Source: a virus (lineage: Duplodnaviria; Caudoviricetes). Taken from it: a DNA stretch of 64,000 bases. A model generated the notes under the pieces. The model saw only the letters and a list, made by a program, of their open reading frames with translations. It was not told the DNA's origin and did not search any database. Location: the IMG/VR virus record IMGVR_UViG_2885358051_000002, positions 1 through 64,000 of that record; one strand, 5' to 3'. Every line of letters starts with the position of its first letter. Position 1 is the stretch's first letter. A program made the translations under genes and the position numbers. Below are positions 28,270 to 37,599 of this stretch, in pieces.

Positions 28270-29556
28270 TTACTCACTGAAGAAAGCTGTGAGGGCCATA
28301 GGCATCCCAGAAGCTGTGATGGAAATCTTGGCATCCGTCTTGCCGTTACTCCAAGACTTGAATGTCTTGCCAGTGTTAGGTACAGCCTCCAGTTCAATCA
28401 CATCATTTGCAGCAAAATCAGCCGGCTCAGTGTATGTCTCACCATTAACCTTTACAGAACCGGCACCATCTACAGACACCACCAGTTTAGAGTTCGTGTA
28501 GTCACCGTTTACCACGTCAGGAGCGATGGAGCCGTCGGACATGACAAACGTGCTGGACAGCGGAGAGAGCAGGCGAGTACCCTGAATGGACTGAACCTGG
28601 AAGATTACATCCTGTACATCCTCGTCGGAACCGAAATGCGTCTTGACAAAAGTCTGGTTGCTGAGCGAATCCACACCATACTGCAGGTTGTCAGGGATTG
28701 TAGCCATAAGGCGGTCGCCGACACCAAAGTTGTCAGAAGGAGCAAATTCTACCTTCGGCATTTCAGGGATGATGAAGTTTCCGTTAGGCTTTCCGTCAGC
28801 GCCCTTGAGGTATTCTACCTTGTCATTGCCGTGGAACTTGTTGGAATACCCCTGAGCGATATAGATACCACGCAGGATGTCGCAGTGGAGGATGACCTTC
28901 TTCTGCTTACGCAGACGAGCATCCCACTTTGTCCACCACTCCGCTACGACATCGTAAGGAGTAGAGTCGTGCGCATCAGTAGGTGCGGTAATGGCCTCGC
29001 AAGCGACAAGATTCCCGTTCTGAGAACTGATAATTCCATCAGCCACATCATGAGCGATAACCGTGTGGAAACCATCGTAGAGTGAGAGTTTCTGGAGGTC
29101 TTCGTCCTCTGCTGTCTCGTTCTCCATATTACCGAAGAAAAGGTTAGAAGTCAGATCCTCGGCATAAGACATCAGAATAGCCTCGCAAGCCTCTGTAGCG
29201 AGAGGGTACAGCCCACCAGGTTTACCATCAGTGCCAAAGACCGTCTCGACATAGTTGTCGATGTTGTCTTTGTAACGGTTCCAGGTCAGTTTAGCCACCA
29301 ACTCGCGTTCCTTGAGGAAGCCAATCTTGTTTTGTACAGGCGTACCCACCTTCTTACGACGAGTGGTGCCACCCTTGCGGACGAGGAGGTGGTCAGTCCT
29401 CTTGAACTTTACACCGGAAATCACCTTAATGCCCAAACGGGTGAGCAATTCAGGGTCGTAGTAAGCAGGACCCATGACGATCTGCTTTCCTACTTGGTTG
29501 GCCACTTGAGTGAGCGCCTCACGGCCAATGAACACAGGAGCATTATTTTCAGCCAT
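28270..29556 (-). CDS. Major capsid protein with C-terminal Ig-like/B-repeat domain
   Basis: Directly follows the S49 protease/scaffold gene; C-terminal VIELEAVPNTGKTFKSWSNG...TA pattern. Confidence 0.7.
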   Translation of the reverse strand: MAENNAPVFIGREALTQVANQVGKQIVMGPAYYDPELLTRLGIKVISGVKFKRTDHLLVRKGGTTRRKKVGTPVQNKIGFLKERELVAKLTWNRYKDNIDNYVETVFGTDGKPGGLYPLATEACEAILMSYAEDLTSNLFFGNMENETAEDEDLQKLSLYDGFHTVIAHDVADGIISSQNGNLVACEAITAPTDAHDSTPYDVVAEWWTKWDARLRKQKKVILHCDILRGIYIAQGYSNKFHGNDKVEYLKGADGKPNGNFIIPEMPKVEFAPSDNFGVGDRLMATIPDNLQYGVDSLSNQTFVKTHFGSDEDVQDVIFQVQSIQGTRLLSPLSSTFVMSDGSIAPDVVNGDYTNSKLVVSVDGAGSVKVNGETYTEPADFAANDVIELEAVPNTGKTFKSWSNGKTDAKISITASGMPMALTAFFSE

Positions 29557-29589
29557 TGTTCTAAGAATTTTAGTTTTATACTATGATAA

Positions 29590-31146
29590 TTACTTGTGGA
29601 GTTTTGCCTTGTATTCGTCAAGAATACGCTTATTCTCCATCGGAGAGAGATTGTCATTGTAGGCCGGCATACCGCCTTCCTTGGTCAGATTAACACCTCT
29701 GCCGTTGGTAGATGGACTTTCATCTGTTGTTTCGGCAGCAGTGTGGGTAAGCGCAGTAATCTGTGCATCACGGTCGGCGATGGCCTGCTGTGCCGTAGCC
29801 AGTTGTTCCTGCACGTCATGCAGCTGCTGCTCCGCCGTCTGACGAGCCTCCTGTTCAGCCTGGATAGCCTGAGCGTGCTCGTTACGAAGTTCGGAGAGCG
29901 CCTGCTCATGTGCAGCGTTCAATTCCTGTTCACGATTTGCGATTGCATTCTGACGGTCAGCGGCATTATCGGCCACCTGCTGTTCCAGTTCTGCAACACG
30001 GTTTTCGGCCTTCTGCCTTGCAGCAGCCGAATCAGCGAGCGACGTTTCCATTTGGTCGAGCATGGCCGGCACGAAGTGTGCCCCCTCCTCATTGACCACC
30101 AGTTCCTGTACGCCACACGCCGAAGCGATGTGAGTGTATTCCTTCATTTTGGATTTAGTTTGAGAATTAGAAGTTTCTTGTGAAGCGCCACCATCGGTGG
30201 CGTTAGATTTTGTTTTTCCGGGTGCTTGTTTGGTGCGCGTTATACGTGCCGCCCCATCGTAGAGCGCGAAAGCACGAAGAATGGTGTCGCCGAAAGAAGC
30301 CTGAGCGTCACAGAGCACACCCGCCACATCCTCGGCATTGAATATCTTGCCATGAATATGGTCGTCGGTCGCTGCGGGGAAAGCAGCAAGCACATCCGAG
30401 CGAAACTCCACACCGAGGTCAGAAAGTTCTTTGACCAGAAGTTTGTCGTTGCCCTCATTCGCTATGTCACGGATGCAACGGTTCTTATCGAACGACTCAG
30501 GGTCGTAAATCTCGTGATACGTCTCGTTGGTATATTTGTTCATTTCTCCGTCCTTCTCCGTATAAAAGGCCGCCATCACACCAATACAACCTATACGGTT
30601 TTTCTGGTGCATGAAATACACCTCATCACACAATGAAGCGAGGTACATACCGGCCGACGCGCACATGCCGTCGATGAAAGCAAGGACAGGTTGGTTGAGC
30701 GAGTGCGCATATTCGATGGCCTGCTGGAAATCATTTTTCGCCCATGCCGATCCACCCGGCGTGTCGATATAGAAGATATGTCCCCGGCACATCTTATCGT
30801 TGGCCGCCCGGACGAGCCAGTCACGAAGTTCTGCAGAACCATAGGAACAAGCACCCCCATTGCGAGTGATAGGTCCCTGAACAGGCAGCACATTGACGAA
30901 AGGAGTCTCCATTGAACCGAGTTTCCAAGAATACTTCACCTTACCATCATCCGTAACCTGATATTCGAGAATATCAGGAACAGCACCTTGTGTGTGCTGT
31001 ACAGCCACAAAAGGATGCTTCTTCTCCTTAAAAGAGATGGGCGAATGCGTATTCAAGTTGTGTTCAATCACCGAACGAGAAGCGTGAACAAAATCCGGAG
31101 AAATCATCCACAATTTGGTAGTCAGTATTTCAAGCAATCCATTCAT
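29590..31146 (-). CDS. S49/SppA-type prohead protease with coiled-coil scaffold tail
   Basis: FYIDTPGGS, GMCASAGMYLAS and RIGCIGV motifs; Q/E/A-rich C-terminus. Confidence 0.85.
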   Translation of the reverse strand: MNGLLEILTTKLWMISPDFVHASRSVIEHNLNTHSPISFKEKKHPFVAVQHTQGAVPDILEYQVTDDGKVKYSWKLGSMETPFVNVLPVQGPITRNGGACSYGSAELRDWLVRAANDKMCRGHIFYIDTPGGSAWAKNDFQQAIEYAHSLNQPVLAFIDGMCASAGMYLASLCDEVYFMHQKNRIGCIGVMAAFYTEKDGEMNKYTNETYHEIYDPESFDKNRCIRDIANEGNDKLLVKELSDLGVEFRSDVLAAFPAATDDHIHGKIFNAEDVAGVLCDAQASFGDTILRAFALYDGAARITRTKQAPGKTKSNATDGGASQETSNSQTKSKMKEYTHIASACGVQELVVNEEGAHFVPAMLDQMETSLADSAAARQKAENRVAELEQQVADNAADRQNAIANREQELNAAHEQALSELRNEHAQAIQAEQEARQTAEQQLHDVQEQLATAQQAIADRDAQITALTHTAAETTDESPSTNGRGVNLTKEGGMPAYNDNLSPMENKRILDEYKAKLHK

Positions 31147-31172
31147 ATATTTGAATTATTGAATTTTCATAT

Positions 31173-31182
31173 TGCAAAAATA
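31173..31182 (-). promoter_or_regulatory. -7 element for the protease-capsid operon
   Basis: Minus strand TATTTTTGCA upstream of the S49 gene; no GGGACAA at the 21-nt position. Confidence 0.55.
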
Positions 31183-31451
31183 AGAAAGCGGGATAGGGGA
31201 GAATGGAATGGGAAAGAGACAAAAAAGAACGTTTTAGGGAGTAGAAGCAAGTAAATTTCACTACTTACAGAACATTCCAAATGATGAAAGAACGACTCAC
31301 AAGATGGAAAAATACAAGATATAATTACAGAGAAAAACAAAAAGGCCGACAGAAAACTGCCGGCCCAAAACAAAAGTTAAACCCAACGCCGTCACGCAGA
31401 CGACCATTATCCAATCTTTTTACCTTGTACCACTATACCTATATATATATA

Positions 31452-31928
31452 TTATGAAAGCGCGATAAGAGCACTCAGAGAAGACAACTTTATTTTGATT
31501 GTGAGAGAAGAGCTTGATGATTCCGTATTTTCCGTATTGCATACCGAAGTGTTAGCGAGCGAGCGAGACAACCATTTTGTATTGTCATCACGCGTAAAAA
31601 CCACATGGAAGTCCTGTAAGTACAAAGGCTCCAAGGCATTTACCACCTCTGCACGCCGTAAGGTCACTGACAATTGGATGTCATGCTCATAGACAACACC
31701 TGCAGACTGACGAGTATCAGAGACTTTGACCATAGGATAGTCCGCCATCACAAATTCACCATCGTCAGGAGAGAGTGAGAAAGCTGCCACCGGAGTACCA
31801 GACAAAGCCCCCTCTGCAAGTGCCATAGACTTCGAGGAGACATTGAACGGGATAGGGAACGTACATTGGCTATCCAAATAAATCTCCATACGGACAATAT
31901 CTGATATATGGTTTTCGAGACAAGACAT
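31452..31928 (-). CDS. Phage hypothetical protein
   Basis: 158-aa ORF on the coding strand. Confidence 0.55.
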   Translation of the reverse strand: MSCLENHISDIVRMEIYLDSQCTFPIPFNVSSKSMALAEGALSGTPVAAFSLSPDDGEFVMADYPMVKVSDTRQSAGVVYEHDIQLSVTLRRAEVVNALEPLYLQDFHVVFTRDDNTKWLSRSLANTSVCNTENTESSSSSLTIKIKLSSLSALIALS

Positions 31929-32102
31929 AATATAATACTATTAAAGATTATCAGAAAAACAAGCAAATAAACGAGAACACCCAACATCCATAACTGGGAG
32001 AGAAGTATGAGCGGACAGACTGCCGCCATAAAAACATCGAAAACATATCATTATTTAACTATTTTTATGTATCAATTTTAATTTTGTTTACATATCATTT
32101 TT

Positions 32103-32849
32103 TCAATCTTCACCATCATATTTTGGTCGTCCACCCGTCAGTTCGTGTTCATCAATGCGAGATACAAGACCATCCTTGATGATGGCAGGACTGCTTGCCA
32201 AGTATGTCGCTTCATTGTGCCATCTCTGTTTGAGGCGTCTCAATGTTTCCCTTTCGTTAAGATCGTGAGACACTGGAATGTCGTATTCCATAAAGAACCG
32301 TTCCATGATTTCCACGTCAGAACGATGGATATTGTTTGCCTGAGCAAAGATGCGGTTGCGCGTCTCGAAATCGAGGAATACCCGGATAAACGACTCACGA
32401 AGGAGTTTACGCAGTTGGTTTGCCGCCGATGAGTCCAGCGTGTAAGACTTTGTGGTGCGCTCCACATGTCCATTAACATAAATCTCCCTTGGAATCTGTA
32501 CACAAAGGAACTCGTAGGCATCCGTTTTAGTCCGGTTGTTAAGTTGTTCCAACGTACAAATCTCCGCATAAGACAGATAGTCCTCCGGGTTACGTAAGAT
32601 GATAGGCTTACCACCCTGCGGCAATCGTCCACGCAACATATTCTGCCAGGCCGACTGCGAGTAGCATGATGCACGATGCTGCTTGGCTTCCGGAACGATG
32701 CGCAATCCATTAGCCAGCACCACGTACTCCTGCGTGTATGGAGAAAACACAACAGGCTGGTGAGCAGGCATTGACATGCCATCACCAGTCGCCCGCATGA
32801 AAGCAGCAACATATCTGGAAGTACGGATATAAATGTTCGCCATAATCAA
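32103..32849 (-). CDS. Phage hypothetical protein
   Basis: 248-aa ORF at the middle/late boundary. Confidence 0.6.
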   Translation of the reverse strand: MIMANIYIRTSRYVAAFMRATGDGMSMPAHQPVVFSPYTQEYVVLANGLRIVPEAKQHRASCYSQSAWQNMLRGRLPQGGKPIILRNPEDYLSYAEICTLEQLNNRTKTDAYEFLCVQIPREIYVNGHVERTTKSYTLDSSAANQLRKLLRESFIRVFLDFETRNRIFAQANNIHRSDVEIMERFFMEYDIPVSHDLNERETLRRLKQRWHNEATYLASSPAIIKDGLVSRIDEHELTGGRPKYDGED

Positions 32850-32888
32850 ATGTAAATATATAGTAAATAGACTTATATAAGAGACAAT

Positions 32889-33077
32889 TCATCTGTTATC
32901 GCCAGAGCCACTTATCTTATGTCGTTCCATACAAGACTTCAGTTTTTTGATGTTCATAGCGATATTCTTAAATTGGGATCCAGCATCATTCAACAGTGTG
33001 GAACAAGACAAAAAAGCCACACTGACTTCCTTAGCCAGTTTAACCCGTTTATACTGTTGATATTCTTTCAGAGTCAT
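32889..33077 (-). CDS. Small hypothetical protein
   Basis: 62-aa ORF fitting the operon spacing. Confidence 0.45.
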   Translation of the reverse strand: MTLKEYQQYKRVKLAKEVSVAFLSCSTLLNDAGSQFKNIAMNIKKLKSCMERHKISGSGDNR

Positions 33078-33100
33078 ATTTGAATAAAGTTATTGATTGT

Positions 33101-33427
33101 TCATTCATAACAGAAACGTAAGTTCAACCATCTTGCCACCTCCTTTTCAAGAGCGCAGCCACGAGAACTTTCGTGACCTTTGAGCAAACAAATCTCATCG
33201 CACGAGGCGAGAAAGAGACAGTCGAGTATGACCTGATATTTATATGGTATTCGTTCAAACAACGGTTGCAAGATACCCCACATACGAGTGGGATTAACAG
33301 GCTGCTCATCAGACTCACGTATCAGTTGCTCGATTCGATGGAAGTGGAGCATGTAATCCTTTTTTGTACGTCCAGACATAGGACCTGATATATAGACCCG
33401 AGCCTTTCTCGTTTTTTTATTTCTCAT
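33101..33427 (-). CDS. DUF4406-like (nucleoside deoxyribosyltransferase-like fold) protein
   Basis: VYISGPMSG...VNP...LASCDEICLLKGHESSRGCALE. Confidence 0.75.
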   Translation of the reverse strand: MRNKKTRKARVYISGPMSGRTKKDYMLHFHRIEQLIRESDEQPVNPTRMWGILQPLFERIPYKYQVILDCLFLASCDEICLLKGHESSRGCALEKEVARWLNLRFCYE

Positions 33428-33436
33428 TGATTAAAT

Positions 33437-33991
33437 TCATTTTTTCATAAAACATATCCAATGGGTATTACTCCTTTTACCAGAAATATGTCCAAATACA
33501 GGCTTTTCTGATGTCAGTTTCAGAACTTCGGAAACTTTGATGTCTGTTTCATTCCATTTGAATATGAGAAATCCACCGTGCATCAGAACTCTGAAACATT
33601 CATTGAAACCCTTGGACAACATATCGCGCCAATCTGAATACAATGCACCATATTTGATATGCTGATACCCTTTTGGTGTTGCTTTCTCATTAAGACTGCC
33701 ATATATGTCAGCAAATTTTGAATTGCCGACGTTTCGCAACAGATGGGGGGGGTCAAAAACAACCATTGAAAAGTGTTCGTCTTCATACGGCATATTTGTG
33801 AAGTCTGCCTGAATATCAGGATCTACTTCAAATGTTCGTCCATCACACAACGTCGTTTCAAAACTGCGAATGTCTTGAAATAGCACCCTATCGTCGTTCT
33901 TGTCGAAGTAGAACATTTTTCCACCACAACAAGCATCAAGAATTGGCGAAGTATCTGTTTTGTTTATTTCTTTATGGTTTCTCATTGACAA
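33437..33991 (-). CDS. Phage amino (N6A/N4C-type) DNA methyltransferase
   Basis: ILDACCGGKMF SAM-binding motif and VVFDPPHL catalytic motif. Confidence 0.8.
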   Translation of the reverse strand: MSMRNHKEINKTDTSPILDACCGGKMFYFDKNDDRVLFQDIRSFETTLCDGRTFEVDPDIQADFTNMPYEDEHFSMVVFDPPHLLRNVGNSKFADIYGSLNEKATPKGYQHIKYGALYSDWRDMLSKGFNECFRVLMHGGFLIFKWNETDIKVSEVLKLTSEKPVFGHISGKRSNTHWICFMKK

Positions 33992-34565
33992 AATCCATTT
34001 GAGACAATTTATTATATAGAATCTTTACCGAAAGACGCGCATTGTCCGAAAGCACCAGTTTGTCAGGAGAGATATAAGCATCTAATGCGTCACGGAGCGA
34101 ATCGAGAGTAGGGTTAGGCGCACAATCATGGTGTCCGCATCGCTCCATTATCAGCTCATCCATTTTCCGATTATGCTCCTTGAGTAATTCCAGCATCATA
34201 TATCCGCACAAGGCTTCGGTACGCATATCCTGATAAGGTGCATTCGGAAGAAGACGACGTATGTCGTTATTCATTGAGCACCACAGCACGGTAAAGTCAT
34301 TTGCCGCTACCTTCAGAAATTTCTGCGATAGGGTAGAAATGCGCTTAATACCCATGTCATCCAAATTCTTTCTGAGTAGTTCATCATACCTTTTATACAG
34401 GACACCTACGGTGCGTGAAAGTTTTTTAAGCACCTCTATACGGTATTTTGCTGCCAGTTCCGTGGTACGAACCGCATACTGCCATGCTATGTCCGCTATT
34501 ACCAATGGTCCCAATGCCATAAAGTAATTCTCCTGTTTGGTAAAAACCTTCAAGCGTTGTTCCAC
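33972..34565 (-). CDS. Helical phage protein whose reading frame extends up to a C11 tract
   Basis: Frame stays open to the poly-C at 34605-34615 (…CSEEVFRQQVRQSVEQRLK). Confidence 0.6.
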   Translation of the reverse strand: MEQRLKVFTKQENYFMALGPLVIADIAWQYAVRTTELAAKYRIEVLKKLSRTVGVLYKRYDELLRKNLDDMGIKRISTLSQKFLKVAANDFTVLWCSMNNDIRRLLPNAPYQDMRTEALCGYMMLELLKEHNRKMDELIMERCGHHDCAPNPTLDSLRDALDAYISPDKLVLSDNARLSVKILYNKLSQMDFVNEKP

Positions 34566-35520
34566 GCTTTGCCGTACCTGCTGGCGAAAGACCTCCTCCG
34601 AGCAGGGGGGGGGGGCGCATCAATGCCGACTGTAACGGAACCGATGGATTCTTGTCAGATACGGATAGGACAGACTGACAGATAGGTTTGGCCGTTTGTG
34701 TGGTAGTACGGTCATCAGGAATAGTACTGTGCATATCATCCGGCCTGTTCTCCTTATAGAAACGGTTGATAGATTTCTTCCATCGAACTATTACACCATG
34801 TTTTAGTGAAAGTTCCGTCACCTTATCTATGAAACGGTCGCACTGTGTCCAGTCGTATCGACGAGGCGAGTAAGGAGAGAGCAATCCGATACGCAGTTCA
34901 CGCACAAAAAGCATTATGTCAATAATACAACTTAGAGAATCATTGAAGTCAATGACCGGTTCGATGGAAGCGAAAACGGAGAACTGCATCTCATGCAGCC
35001 GAGAAATAGCCTTTATGCGCTCCTGAGTAGAAGGGGCACCAGGTTCCATTTCATCATGTCCGGTCAGTGTGAAACCAATGTGAAGCAAATGGCGATAGGC
35101 ATATAGAGAGCCAATATACACATCTTTATACAGCCAATTCACAGCCTTGGTAAGTATATATACCGGAACACCCTGAGATAGTGCATAATCTATGCACGTC
35201 ATTGACAGATCCGTTGTCTGCGGAAGAAACGGGTCAGAAGAGAAAGAGAAGAACAAACCGCCATCCTCAATAATCCGCGTGCGATACTTATCCAGTTCCT
35301 TGCGGAAGATACGGACGGCCGACCACTCATCACCCAACGTAGATTTCAGTACCGCGTGCGGTCCACCCAAAGTATGAGCCATCGGTCCACGTTTGCAATA
35401 GCAATACGAGCAATTATGGTCACAACCCTTGTAAAGGTTACATGCCCATAGGGAATACTCCTCAGCCGCGCCTGCTGGTTGGTAGATAGCCTTACCCTTT
35501 ATACGAGATGTTTCTTTCAT
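34426..35520 (-). CDS. Radical SAM protein
   Basis: CNLYKGCDHNCSYCYC (CxxxCxxC), FSFSSDPF and ASIEPVI; the tail beyond the C11 tract looks out of frame. Confidence 0.85.
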   Translation of the reverse strand: MKETSRIKGKAIYQPAGAAEEYSLWACNLYKGCDHNCSYCYCKRGPMAHTLGGPHAVLKSTLGDEWSAVRIFRKELDKYRTRIIEDGGLFFSFSSDPFLPQTTDLSMTCIDYALSQGVPVYILTKAVNWLYKDVYIGSLYAYRHLLHIGFTLTGHDEMEPGAPSTQERIKAISRLHEMQFSVFASIEPVIDFNDSLSCIIDIMLFVRELRIGLLSPYSPRRYDWTQCDRFIDKVTELSLKHGVIVRWKKSINRFYKENRPDDMHSTIPDDRTTTQTAKPICQSVLSVSDKNPSVPLQSALMRPPPLLGGGLSPAGTAKRGTTLEGFYQTGELLYGIGTIGNSGHSMAVCGSYHGTGSKIPYRGA

Positions 35521-35804
35521 ATATTATCATTGTTTTGAGCCATCAACAGGGACAACGCCGATACGGAGTTTTCTACAGCCTGGAGATTAAGTATGACCGA
35601 GTGAGTAAGCTGTGCGTAATATGACAGTCTTTTATTCTCAGACATACCTTTGTCTTTTTCTTCACGGAGTTGCAATGCCATTTTTCTAAGGACATCCTCC
35701 ACGAATGATTTTGTCATATCGAGTTCCTTCAGACATAATCCTAACTCTGCTGCATACATCATATATATATCTGAATTTTGTGCCATAAATTTTTGCTCCG
35801 CCAT
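35517..35804 (-). CDS. Hypothetical protein
   Basis: 95 aa; stop overlaps the radical SAM start. Confidence 0.55.
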   Translation of the reverse strand: MAEQKFMAQNSDIYMMYAAELGLCLKELDMTKSFVEDVLRKMALQLREEKDKGMSENKRLSYYAQLTHSVILNLQAVENSVSALSLLMAQNNDNI

Positions 35805-35826
35805 ACTCTATTAAACATAATTAGTA

Positions 35827-36351
35827 TTATATCATTTTCTCCACAGTCATTTTTCTGACCTCAGAAACAGGAAGATTGTACACATCAAGATTCGTCCACC
35901 ACGATTCCTTACCTTTTTCAATATAAAGAGGTTGCAAGGCTTTTTCTTTTTCAGGACGACTTACGGAATCCACCCATTCCTCCGGTACAAATGTGTTAAA
36001 TCTATTCTCCACGTACCACGTATTCTGGAAACGATAGCAATACGCACGATGCCTACGGCCATTAGTCCGTCCATTCTCACGGAAAACGACCGTAGCATAA
36101 TTATTGCGCTGCATAGCCGCCATGCAATGAAGGAAGTCATCATCTCCACAGAAATGAGACTTACCATCAAAGAAAATAGGCCATATATCACGCCGGAGAA
36201 AAAACCAAATGTTATCCCTTTCTCTGTCAGACATTTGCGAGATGTACTTCGTGACAATCTCATGCCATATATGCTGCCGGAGATGAGAACCTCGAGCGAA
36301 TCCTTCGATGGCGAAAAGGAAATCGTGCCAATCAAGAACCATTGTAATCAT
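35827..36351 (-). CDS. Hypothetical protein
   Basis: 174-aa co-oriented ORF. Confidence 0.55.
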   Translation of the reverse strand: MITMVLDWHDFLFAIEGFARGSHLRQHIWHEIVTKYISQMSDRERDNIWFFLRRDIWPIFFDGKSHFCGDDDFLHCMAAMQRNNYATVVFRENGRTNGRRHRAYCYRFQNTWYVENRFNTFVPEEWVDSVSRPEKEKALQPLYIEKGKESWWTNLDVYNLPVSEVRKMTVEKMI

Positions 36352-36362
36352 TGCCGTAACAT

Positions 36363-37058
36363 TTAGATTGGAAATATCTTCGCATTGTCGTGAAGATTTA
36401 TTTTTCTTTCAGTGAATGAAATCACACGGGAATCGTTGTAGGCGTCAATCAGCAGGTGTCCATAGTCCTCTACGCTTCCACCAAAAAGTTTAACCGTTAC
36501 AGAACCATAGCATACGATATTCCCTTTCCCAGACACCACTGTTCGATCCATAGCAACGACTTTACCCTTCTCCACGTTAGCCCGGCACGCATCGGAGAGA
36601 CGCACACAGGCTTTTTCTGCATTGACAAAAACATTGCAGGCACCCTTTGTCCACACCTTACGGGCACCAAACACATAGACACGGTGACGACCATCGACAA
36701 CGAGTGCCGGAGACGGGGTTTCTCCATCCGCATCATCATCTCCTACGAGAATGATAGAAGGAGGTGCGGACAACGGAGGCACTTCATTGTAGAACACACC
36801 CGCGAGATTGATGTCCTCACGATAGATGTCATAGTTCTTTCGGAAAGCCTCCATCACCAGGGATGGCACCTCATGCAGAAAACCATCCCAATAGCGTTTC
36901 CATGCCGACACCAGTTCCGGTACAGTATGCGCATTGTGGAAAAAAGCCTGCGATTCCTCACAGTTACCCGACTGCGCCAGGATGCCTATGCACATCTCCT
37001 GAAAACGGGTGAAATACTCATTCTTCTCCACGATTACCCTCCTTTCTGTTCTTATCAA
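36363..37058 (-). CDS. Hypothetical protein with C-terminal beta-solenoid-like repeats
   Basis: Repeating short beta units (VYVFGARKVWTKGACNVFVNAEKACVRLSDACRANVEKG). Confidence 0.55.
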   Translation of the reverse strand: MIRTERRVIVEKNEYFTRFQEMCIGILAQSGNCEESQAFFHNAHTVPELVSAWKRYWDGFLHEVPSLVMEAFRKNYDIYREDINLAGVFYNEVPPLSAPPSIILVGDDDADGETPSPALVVDGRHRVYVFGARKVWTKGACNVFVNAEKACVRLSDACRANVEKGKVVAMDRTVVSGKGNIVCYGSVTVKLFGGSVEDYGHLLIDAYNDSRVISFTERKINLHDNAKIFPI

Positions 37059-37587
37059 TAGCCCGTCTCACCGAATCCCATTCCGCCATATCCAGCACAT
37101 CCGTATCAGGGTCATACGTCCCAACCCAAAGGACGGTTGCCTTGTCTCCCACCACATCCTGAACAACAAAAAACTCGAACGGTTGGATAGTCGGAAAATC
37201 CACGTCCTGCATAGATATGCCATCGGCCGTAGTTCTTCTGATACGCTCCACCTCAGCCTTGGTAAGCATAGCCACCTCAGACCTCCGTCGGCCTACCGCC
37301 TTCGTCTGACAGTCGATGATATAATCATTCCACTGCTTCTGTTGCAATCTATACATCTGACAACAATAAAGATTACTGAGAAAAGTCTTCCAACGGCCCG
37401 CACCCTGTGCAATGAAAAACAGCGCGACAGGTTCGGATATAAACACCCGACGTTCCTTGTCATTCCAAGAAACCAATCCCACGCGAATCATCTTGTCAAA
37501 GATGGCAAACACCTTGGACAAAGCGGAGAGCCATTTCAGTCTCTTTTCCTCCTGACGGTGTTCCCGCCATTTTTTCAGCCATTTCAT
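37018..37587 (-). CDS. Hypothetical protein
   Basis: 189-aa co-oriented ORF. Confidence 0.55.
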   Translation of the reverse strand: MKWLKKWREHRQEEKRLKWLSALSKVFAIFDKMIRVGLVSWNDKERRVFISEPVALFFIAQGAGRWKTFLSNLYCCQMYRLQQKQWNDYIIDCQTKAVGRRRSEVAMLTKAEVERIRRTTADGISMQDVDFPTIQPFEFFVVQDVVGDKATVLWVGTYDPDTDVLDMAEWDSVRRAIDKNRKEGNRGEE

Positions 37588-37599
37588 ATCCGTATATGA

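Noticed and set aside
31441-31452. (AT)6 microsatellite
   Set aside because: Short, intergenic and in AT-rich context; no evidence of function.
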